DNA of 64,000 bases from assembly GCA_951406725.2 (NCBI GenBank), contig OX597826.1, positions 83,824,001 to 83,888,000 of the forward strand, written 5' to 3'. Made by a program: the position numbers and the translations under genes. Every line of letters starts with the position of its first letter. The stretch's first letter is position 1. The stretch is from Octopus vulgaris. Lineage: Eukaryota. Below the pieces are notes generated by a model that saw only the letters and a list, made by a program, of their open reading frames with translations, had not been told where the DNA came from and did not search any database. This document shows positions 54,468 through 64,000 of this stretch, piece after piece.

Positions 54468-56439
54468 ACTATTATTATTATTATTAATACTATTATTATT
54501 ATTATTATTATTATTATCATTATTATTATGTGAGGGTTGGAATTAACAAGATTAATGTTGGAACTCCCAGTAAATGAACCTTTATTTAGCAGATTGGTAT
54601 TGTGAGAAGATATAATTTGCGAAAGATTCTTTGTGTTGGAGAAGGCAACTCTAACTATATGAGAGTTAATAATCAAATAATATCTAGAATTTTTTGGAAA
54701 GTTCTTACCAACCACTTCACGGAATTGCAAAGGAAGATTCGATTTAATGTGTTTTCCAAACGGAATTACAAACCAGATAGTTTTCCTAGTAACATTCAAA
54801 TTGTAAGTGGTATTATCTTTATAGGAAGGTGAAATACCTCTAGAGTGAAAAAAATGAGCTTAAATAACGCTTGCCTCCCTTACTCCGTAAAGGAATTTTA
54901 TTATGTTTTTTATTGTTTATAATATTAGAATTAAAATCACTCTTATTATTACAACTAGATTTTTTTATCTTGAACAGTAGATAAAGGACGAAATTGAGCA
55001 GAATCAATGTATGTCACTTTCTCTTTATAGCCAGCTTTAACCAAGGCAGAGTTATGAAATTCTGCCTTGTCGTTAAAAATGTCAACATTGACGGATAATT
55101 TAGATAATCTAAGTGAAATGTTTTTAACTAAATTCTTAGTAATTGCCCTAGCGTGATTACTGTAAGGACTAATATACTTGAGATTTGTAGAAGGTTTGTG
55201 GTATGGGAAATACGAGTTATTTTGTAAATTAAGAGTAATATATAAGAAGTTAGCTTTAGTTAACTCATCGTCAAAAACGATGTGAAAGCCCATTCTACTA
55301 AAAAACCTAACTAATCTATTCTTAACCTTCTGTATTTTTTTATTTGAAATGTTTTGGAAGTAAAGCAGACAATCATCATGATATAGACCTCCACAGATGT
55401 CCGGGAACTGGTCGGCCATATCATAAAGTATATATATTCCGACCAAATCAGCAATTTGAGCGGAATCTGTACTTCCCATTAGGACATCGAACGCATTGGG
55501 AGTATCCTTACGGACCCACAACTTCTTATCGAACTTGATGAATGATTTTCTAGCAGCCAGTACCACATTAATTTCTTCCCTAGAGAGACCTGCTTTATTG
55601 TGTGCATGCCATAGGGCCTTATTGAGTATAATAGGGTTGATTGATGAATAGAAGCTAGATATATCAAACTGAATAAATTTAGTGTTAACCTTATTAGTAA
55701 TAGTAGTAAACCAATCTACAACTTGAACAGAATTAGACCATAAGCTAAGTTTTAATTTATTGATTAATATAGGGATATACTTATCTAATATGTATTTACT
55801 AAGAGTACCGATGTCGGAGCTGGAGGGACATATAAGCCGTAATGATGAGTTAGTATAAAAGTTCTGTTTGTGGTCTTTTAAAATAAACCGAGGTTGCCTG
55901 GGGTTCAACGGTTCTGTCTTCATCTGTAATCCATACGATTCCATAATTCCTTTAGCTTCCAAGTTGACCTGCCTGAGAGTATTCATACCGGTGATCTTGT
56001 AGTTTTTATGGATCTCCTTTTCGAGCAGTTCCAAATAGTGGCTCTTGGTAAGATTATAGAGGTTTCCGGTTTTATCAGATTGAACAAGGATGCAATCTAA
56101 GTTATTGATTTCTCTAGAGAGGTTATGAAGATAGCTAAGATGTTTATTCCTGAGGGGTGACTGGTGAAATTTTATATTCTTCACGATGGACCATAGACCA
56201 TCCTCAAATTGCTTCAATCTAGGGTTAGGTGGAGGGGTACCCTTCGATTTAAACAATTTTTTATACTCAGTAGAGATGTCATTAATGGTCTGTTGTAAGT
56301 CCTTATTGTCGAAGAAGAAGGCAAGCCATCTGATGCGGTTGATAAATGCATTCGTCTTATTGATGAGTTCCTTAAGGAAAGCATTTTTTGGGGGAATAGG
56401 AATATCTTTAAGAGAGGCATTGATATTGAACAACTCCAT
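53868..56439 (-). pseudogene. Naiad-like RT / GIY-YIG ORF with three frameshifts
   Basis: SLKDIPIP..RIRWLAFFF, SDKTGNLY, FDISSFYSSI, GLYHDD, TIWFVIPF, SIYQC..YIG, CNICNSE. Confidence 0.92.
54312..54529. repeat. (AAT)n-rich microsatellite inside the PLE ORF (poly-Asn)
   Basis: In frame with the downstream DSNKNMVLVSEDNP and GIY-YIG domain on the minus strand. Confidence 0.9.
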
Positions 56440-56690
56440 TTGCAGTAACAGTTATATTAGCAGGTTATAAGATAATCTGTATAAGAATATGTAAATGGAT
56501 GAATGAATTATCCTTTGTTTACCATTAACTTGGAAAATTCAATAAACAGTTACCAGGGTAGCAAAATTCACGCAAGTAACACGGATGAAGCAACCTATTC
56601 AAAGGCAGAAAGTCCGGGTTAATGTGCAGTGATTTGTGTGGTATAGGTAAATAAATGGAGTTGAACGAAGATGTTAATAAAATTCTTTTA

Positions 56691-56773
56691 CTTTCAACAT
56701 ATGTTTCAAAGACAACATTGGTTTTATTCCAATGGAATAAACGGTGTAAAATGCAATCTTCTCATCAGGAAAG
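56691..56773 (-). ncRNA. Type-I hammerhead ribozyme (5' pseudo-LTR copy)
   Basis: As 53515-53597 but with two CpG-type changes at key positions: C11.1 to U and GUC to GUU. Confidence 0.8.
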
Positions 56774-56850
56774 AAAGAGAGCCTATCTCAACAACAAGAC
56801 ATTATAACAAATACGATGACTGCCTAAATAATAATAATAATAATAACAGT

Positions 56851-56917
<67 letters not shown>

Positions 56918-56932
56918 TTAATAGTATTAACG

Positions 56933-56969
<37 letters not shown>

Positions 56970-57010
56970 TAGCAATAAAAACATGGTTTTGGTCTCTGAG
57001 GACAACCCCA

Positions 57011-57405
57011 TCGCATTGGCCCCCGTGCCAGTGGCACGTAAAAGCACCATCCGCTCGTGTCCGTTGCCAGCGTCGCCTGGCCCCCGTGCCGGTGGCACGT
57101 AAAAGCACCATCCGTTCGTGTCCGTTGCCTGCCTCGCCTGGCTCCCGTGCCGGTGGCATGTAAAAGCACCATCCGTTCGTGGTCGTTTTCCAGCTCTGTC
57201 TGGCACCTGTGCAGGTGGCACGTAAAAAGCACCCACTACACTCACGGAGTGGTTGGCGTTAGGAAGGGCATCCAGCCGTAGAAACACTGCCAAATCTGAC
57301 TGGGCCTGATGAAGCCTTCCAGCTTCACAGACCCCAATTGAACCATCCAACCCATGCTAGCATGGAGAACGGACGCTAAATGATGATGATGATGATGATG
57401 ATGGT
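57011..57405 (+). mobile_element. RTE 3'UTR fragment with about 60-bp tandem units and (GAT)n tail
   Basis: gtggcacgtaaaagcacc occurs four times, then the shared tail. Confidence 0.85.
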
Positions 57406-57459
57406 ATATATATATATATATAATCACAATATGCAACAAAGATATCCAAAGGTAGTGTA

Positions 57460-57542
57460 GTACAATCATTTCATGCTACTTCATTTAATTAAACAATGTA
57501 AGTATTACATCAGTTTTAAAATGTAGAGCACACTTCAGCCGC
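57460..57542 (-). ncRNA. Decayed hammerhead-like motif
   Basis: CTGAAGT-gtgct...agcat-GAAA-tgattgtac; core and stem I mutated. Confidence 0.35.
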
Positions 57543-58027
57543 ATATGGAATTTTTAAAATTAAATTGACAATGTTCATTATTACACTTATTCCATTTGCC
57601 AACATTACAAAGAGGGTAGGTATACAGACAGAGAGGTGAATTTCATTAATAAAAACATGGTAGTAGAAGACCTTTGCTCATGGGCAGATTTTTTATCACT
57701 GAGTTCACTTTGTTATTTTGATTTACCAATGGGGAGGGGGTTTTCTATTAAGTTCAGTGGAGACAATCAAGAATTTTTTCTATTTATAGATAGAGGAAGA
57801 GGCAGTTTAAATGGTAGAACCATAAATAATCACCCCATTTGATTTATATGGATAATACCATACCAAATTCTAGTGCCTATAACTTAAGTACCATATTCAT
57901 CTGAATCTAAATTTTGCTGAACTTATATATATATATAGGGAAAGTTTACAAAAAAAACAAAAGACGAAGACAGGTGGTGTACAAAACTAACAGATGTATT
58001 AGTATAACACTCAGGAATAGAAAAAGT

Positions 58028-58063
58028 CTTTTACGTTTCAAGCCTACGCTCTTCTACAGAAAG
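58028..58063 (-). ncRNA. Minimal type-I hammerhead-like motif (A6U variant)
   Basis: cttt-CTGTAGA-a-gagc-gtag-gctt-GAAA-CG-TA-aaag; stem III ACGT. Confidence 0.6.
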
Positions 58064-58159
58064 GTACACAGAAAAAACAAGGAGAGAAACAAGGAGAGAA
58101 AAAAAATGTGTGTAGTGGCTAACGATCTATCATGGCGACATATATATATATATATTTGT

Positions 58160-58379
58160 GTGCATATGTTTGTGTGTCTGTGTTTGCCCCCCCCCCCCCC
58201 AACATCGCTTGACAACCGATGTTGGTGTGTCTACGTCCCTGTAGCTTAGTAGTTTGGCAAAAGAGAACTGATAGAATAAGTACTAGGCTTACAAAGAATA
58301 AGTCCTGGGGTCGATTTGCTTGACTAAAAGGTGGTGCTCCAACATGACCGCATTCAGATGATTGAAACAAGTAAAAGAA
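58160..58379 (+). mobile_element. SINE family A 3' half
   Basis: catcgcttgacaaccgatg...gaaacaagtaaaaga. Confidence 0.85.
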
Positions 58380-58399
58380 TTAAAGAATGAATAAATATA

Positions 58400-58455
<56 letters not shown>

Positions 58456-58525
58456 ATATTAATGTTTGTTCTGTTGAATTGTAAGAAAAACAATTTTACA
58501 TTAAATTTTTATAGATTACATATTA

Positions 58526-58653
58526 ATTATACTTTTACAAGAAGAATGGTGACAGTGACTTCGAAGTTCAACTAGCTTCCATCAGAGGCTAATGAAGACT
58601 AGCAGGTGGAAACGTCAAAGTCACTGTCAACACTCTTTCTGTAAAAGTGTAAT
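58526..58653 (+). mobile_element. Fold-back remnant with decayed hammerhead
   Basis: Arms 58526-58568 and 58611-58653; centre catcag..CTAATGA..GAAA..AAG-TC. Confidence 0.55.
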
Positions 58654-58720
58654 ATATATTTCTGCTTGTGTTGATCCATACAACCCATGCCAACACAGAA
58701 AAAGGGATGCTAAATGATGA

Positions 58721-58758
<38 letters not shown>

Positions 58759-58776
58759 CAGGTATTTACATACATC

Positions 58777-58848
<72 letters not shown>

Positions 58849-59127
58849 TATAATATATACAATATACATATAATTTATATAATATGATGTATGTAAATAC
58901 CTGTATAATATATATATATATATCATCATAATCATCATTGGAGAAATATAAAAATATAGATTTAATTTAAATAGTGAAAACCGATTTGATATCACTTCAT
59001 CCATAAAATACGTATATATTTTTAAATATTTCTTTATAAAAAGATATTAAACTTTGTGAAATGAAGGTATTTCTCTTCCACTTTTTATATATGTTTTCCA
59101 CAAATTTTCAACCTATATATATATATA

Positions 59128-59626
59128 TTGTGACCTCCTTTGGTCATGAATGACCATGGAATTGCACCTAGAGAGTTAACCTCCGCGGTACAAGTCTGGG
59201 CAAGGTTGTTTATGGAAGACCAGCAGTCGCCCATGCATACCATCCATGCCACCGATGTTATCCAAGGGAAAGCCAAAGGCAGATACTGCCTGGCACCATT
59301 GACGTTGCAGCTCATTTATTAATGTGCAAGTGGCTGAGCACTCCACAGACACGTGTACCCTTAACATAGTTCTCGATGAGATTCAGCGTGACACAGAGTG
59401 TGACAAGGCTGGCCCTTTGAAATACAGGTACAACAGAAACAGGAAGAAAGAGTGAGAGAAAGTTATGGAGAAAGAGTACAGCAGGGTTCACCACCAGCCC
59501 CTGCTGGAGCCTCGTGGAGCTTTAGGTGTTTTCGCTCAATAAACACTCACAATGCCTGGTCTGGGAATTGAAACCGCGATCCTACGACTGCGAGTCCACT
59601 GCCCTAATCACTGGGCCATTGCGCCT
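59128..59626 (-). mobile_element. tRNA-derived SINE family C, full length, in (TA)n
   Basis: Head aggcgcaatggcccagtgattagggc...ggtttcaattccc; (TA)n on both sides. Confidence 0.88.
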
Positions 59627-60313
59627 ATATATATATAATGTATTTAGTATTACATATCTGTACACATACAATATTACTGGCATTGTGTAAAATTAAAGCA
59701 GTGTATAAAATAGAGTGTATAAAATATAGAATGTCTAGCAATGTTTGGCAATCAGCTCGTTTCTTTCCGACCTTATATACATTAGCAATGAATTTTAATA
59801 GAATGCCTATGTATTCTATAGAATGTCTAGCATTTTTTCAACAAAGTATAACATAATAGACATCAGAGGTTGGACACTTTATTAATGAACTGAAATCTGT
59901 GAAACCTAAACTAATTAAAACTGTAATAGACAATAGAGATGAGAACATTTTATGAGCACGCACAACATATAACGTCTTTTGATGTAGAGTGTTTGGCCTG
60001 GTGTAGATTGTGTGTTTGGGGATGTGTAAAAGTTATAGATGCTTGAGGAGTGGAGAAGATATGTGATGCTGGGCTGGTGTAGATACATGAGATGTAGATG
60101 CTTAAGGTGGTGTACATGTTAAAACTATATATCTCCTTGCCTTGGTCACATGTGTTAGGTTCTCTGATTCAACAACCTCTGGTAATACTTCCTTAGTTAT
60201 GTTTTCTAATACTTCAAGAGGTATATCTACTGTGAAGTATATTTATATAAAATGCAATATATAATATATATCATCATCATCATCATCATCATCATCATTA
60301 TCATAGTAATTAC

Positions 60314-60345
<32 letters not shown>

Positions 60346-61030
60346 AATATCCTCCCCTTCCAATGCCACTCCACACACATATCAAGCCAACATTGCAAGT
60401 GCATCCAAGCAGCAACTCTACTTTGCAAGCAGTCATCCCTCACACCACGAAGGCGTTCCAGTGTTTTTGTGAAAGGAGCGTAACTGTTGATGAATCCCCC
60501 TCTGAACTTTACCCCAACACCCACAAACTGGATGTGACACTGACTTCCATCAGCAGAGAGTTGTCATGATACTTTTCATTCCAGCCCTTCTGATGAGCAC
60601 TGTCTTTGGTTATCACTTACCTCATGTGCAAAACAAGCCCCTAAAATCATCTGAAATGCTCCTACAATACAACAGAGCAAAAACAACAAGACACTCATTC
60701 TGCTGACATGTATGAGTCCTGTTTTCCTCTGACAAATGCATTCTTAGACAACTTCATATCCTCATGATTATGATCATCATTGAACATCCCTTTTCCATGC
60801 AGGCATAGACTGGATATAGTTTCACAGAATCCAGCAAACCACAGGGTCAGGCTGAGCTCCAGTGTCAGCTTTGGCATGTTTTCTATGCCTGGATGCCCTT
60901 CATAATCCCAACCACTTCTTATAGTGTGCCCTGGGTGCCTTTTTGTATTAGTGAGGTTGCCACATAAATGGCAAGACAGAAAGGAAACATAATACACACA
61001 CACACACACACATATATATATACACACACA

Positions 61031-61352
61031 TTATTTACATTTGATGGATATTTGTCCTCATCTTGTTTGTTGTTAACACAAGGTTTCGGCTGATCTACCC
61101 TCCAGCCTTCATCAGGTGTCTTGGGGAAATTTTGAACCTAGGTTCTCATTCCTAAGGTATTTTGCGATGTTGTTGTTATTATTATTATTATTCAGGTCAC
61201 TGCCTGGAAACCAACTTGGTATCTTGGGGTTAGTAGCCCGCGCTCTTAACCACTACGCCATATGCTTAAAGGCATATGTGTTAACAACAAACAAGATGAG
61301 GACAAATATCCATCAAATGTAAATAATGTACATAATTCCTCATCTCTTAAAT
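61031..61352 (-). mobile_element. tRNA-headed non-autonomous element carrying a hammerhead and an inverted tail copy
   Basis: Minus strand: A-box TGGCGTAGTGG, anticodon-like arm ggg-ctactaa-ccc, (AAT)n, HHR, tail; 50-bp inverted repeat 61031-61080 vs 61277-61326. Confidence 0.75.
61076..61119 (-). ncRNA. Minimal type-I hammerhead
   Basis: acac-CTGATGA-a-ggctg-gagggtagat-cagcc-GAAA-CC-TT-gtgt; stem III ACCT is one change from the palindrome ACGT. Confidence 0.72.
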
Positions 61353-61534
61353 AAAGAACTGTAAAATATGTATATATATATATCCACACATGCACACACA
61401 ACTACAGAGATGGTGTATGAGGTGTTAATTATATACACACAAGTGCCAAATAGTAGTACACACACACACATACGTAGGCACATATAAGTACACACAGACA
61501 GGTACACAGACAAAAACAGTGTGTATGATTGAAC

Positions 61535-61652
61535 ATTGCCAGATAAGACTGGAGCCTGGTGCAGCCTTCTGGCTTCCCAGATCCCCGGTCGAACCGTCCA
61601 ACCCATGCAAGCATGGAGAACGGACGTTAAACGATGATGATGATGATGATGA
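61535..61652 (+). mobile_element. RTE-tail fragment with (GAT)n
   Basis: gaaccgtccaacccatgc..cggacgttaaacgatgatg. Confidence 0.8.
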
Positions 61653-62605
61653 TATATATATATACACATACATACATACATACATACATACATACATACA
61701 TACATACATACATGTCTATATGTATATATATTGTGTTAAGCTTAAGAAGTGATGCAGAGAATTTGGGGCTTGACTCAAATTTCATAAACTACGCTGAATC
61801 CTAGTTAGAGACTCCACATAAGTGGTGTGAAGACCTACCAGTCTGTACTAGTCAAGACCTACCAGTCTGTACTGGCACCGAGTTGTAATTAATTATAGAA
61901 ATAAAGTCAAACCAAATAGTGCACTATTTGATTTGACCTCATTTCACTACACGCACACGCAAACACACACACATGCACGCACACACACACACACACACAC
62001 ACGCATGCACATACACACACACGTACGCACACATTACACTGCATCAAAGGATATCAGGAAAGAAGTTTTGTGCCACAGACCCAATCTTTACTCTCGATAC
62101 AAAGAGTGTCTTGAAATTAAGACATTTTGAAACCAGTGAAGTGAGTGAGACCAAAGGAACAGGCAAACATGTGGATAGCCACATGTATATACATCATCTA
62201 TGCCATATACGTAGATACATACAGACAGGCAAACAGACAGACAACAAAAAGCCAAAACTACCCAGTTGCAATAAAAGACAGATGAATCACATTTAGGGAA
62301 ATATGATTTGTACTAATTATATATTGAAGTGTGTTTGAGTAAGAAGGCAAGCCTGTATTCATTCGGTGTGTGTGTGTGTGTGCATGTATGTATGTACGTA
62401 CACACATACATACACATTTACAAGTTTATGATATCAAATATTTGTATATATAATGTTTGCATGTGTGTGTTTATGCATGTGTATATGTGGTGTGTATGAA
62501 ACTGAGGTGTAGGGAATGGTTGAGCCTGTATTTAGGCGTATATACATTTTAATTTATGCGATTGCAAGTTAATTATACACAAGTAACTCCAACTATATAA
62601 TTGAA

Positions 62606-62648
<43 letters not shown>

Positions 62649-62779
62649 TGATTTTATCATTATATTTATACAATGTTATGTTTTACCCATGCCCATATAC
62701 CCATACAAACCTACATTATACACATTCATCTGCAAATAATACAATAATAATATGGCTGAAAGCACCAGCCATGAATGCA

Positions 62780-62787
62780 AGCACACG

Positions 62788-62876
<89 letters not shown>

Positions 62877-62961
62877 GTATATATATGTATATGTATATAT
62901 GTATATATGTATATGTATATATATATATGTATATGTATATATAATTGTGTGTATATATATT

Positions 62962-63043
<82 letters not shown>

Positions 63044-63154
63044 CATATATATACATATACATATATATGTGTATGTGTATATATATGCATATATATATGT
63101 GTATGCATGTATGTATACAGACACACTGACACAAGTACACATACACATTCTCTC

Positions 63155-63185
<31 letters not shown>

Positions 63186-63205
63186 AACACATACACACAT
63201 ATAGA
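62780..63205. repeat. Compound (CA)n/(TA)n/TATG microsatellite
   Basis: Low-complexity tract; the overlapping ORFs are artefacts. Confidence 0.95.
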
Positions 63206-64000
63206 TGTATAAGCAACTCTACATTTAAACACACATTTGAAAAGCTAGTGGAAACCTAAGTATACTAATTATATATGAAGTGGCCTTCCATACACACAAC
63301 TACAGAGATGTTGTATGAGGTGTTAATTATATACACACAAGTGCCAAATAGTAGTACACACACACACATACGTAGGCACATATAAGTACACACAGACAGG
63401 TGTGTATGATTGAAGCAGCAATAAAACAGCTGTAAAACGTAGACTGTGATGAAATTATGGGATGAGGTGAGAAGGTGTAGTGATGGAGGAATAAGCAATT
63501 AGTTGTAGGGAGAGTGAGAGAGGGAGAGATGATGGGAGAGAGAGAGAGAGAGAGAATGAAGGTGTAAAAGAGGAAGGTACGAAAGAGAGATCTGAGAAAA
63601 AAATAGATACAAACAGAAAGGAAGAGAGAGGGAGAGAGGGAAAATGAAGGAAATATGCAGAAAGGGGAAATGATAGAGCAAAAGAGAGTGAGAGAGGAAA
63701 AAATTATGAGAAAGAGAGAAACGAGAAAGTGGTGGTGGTCGTGGTGGTAATACCCAGGACAGTCAGTTTTATAATCTTTAGTCCAGAAGTGTATAACTAG
63801 AGTTCAAACCCTACAAAGAGTGGAGAGGGGGGGGGGAGTTGAGGCCTCACCTTTCACTTTCCCACTTTGGTAAACTAAGAACCAGCAAAAAAAAAGAAAA
63901 AAATTAAGAGAACACATTTTTAGTTTTACACTGCAAAGGAGAAATGAAGAGTCTCCAACATTTGCACAGACATCTACTCACACATAAAGCAACGTCATTC

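Larger units (their letters stand above)
53471..57010 (-). mobile_element. Near-complete Penelope-like element (Naiad-like) with pseudo-LTRs and 5' inversion
   Basis: 183-bp direct repeats 53471-53653 and 56647-56829; RT + GIY-YIG ORF; 56830-57010 is an inverted copy of about 54272-54450. Confidence 0.95.

Noticed and set aside
53654-56439. Selenoprotein-type Naiad (in-frame UGA plus SECIS)
   Set aside because: In the repaired frame the only UGA seen is the terminal stop, the Cys linker is absent, and no SECIS-like AUGA..AA..GA hairpin was visible in 53654-53867.
59550-59626. tRNA genes (also 61195-61265, 49045, 24139)
   Set aside because: No complete cloverleaf or acceptor stem; each runs into a SINE body.

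Overview
AT-rich, microsatellite-dense animal genomic DNA; the SINE, RTE-LINE and Penelope repertoire resembles that of Octopus (inference from recognition, not a search). No host protein-coding exon could be supported, and most listed ORFs are artefacts of (TA)n/(CA)n/(AAT)n repeats. The window holds two Penelope-like elements (PLEs) with recognisable RT + GIY-YIG ORFs: a 5'-truncated Neptune-like copy at 36.2-38.2 kb and a near-complete Naiad-like copy at 53.5-57.0 kb with pseudo-LTRs. It also holds older PLE, RTE, R4/Dong and Gypsy-like fragments, three tRNA-derived SINE families, TTAA-flanked MITEs and many microsatellites. The main unannotated signal is about a dozen type-I hammerhead ribozyme (HHR) motifs, intact or decayed. 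They have family-specific palindromic stem III, most lie in fold-back remnants, and some have non-canonical cores (G3-C8 swap, U4C, A6U). One element joins a tRNA-like Pol III head to an HHR and a PLE-type inverted tail (61.0-61.35 kb): a candidate SINE mobilised by Penelope-like elements. All alignments were read by eye, so boundaries are approximate.
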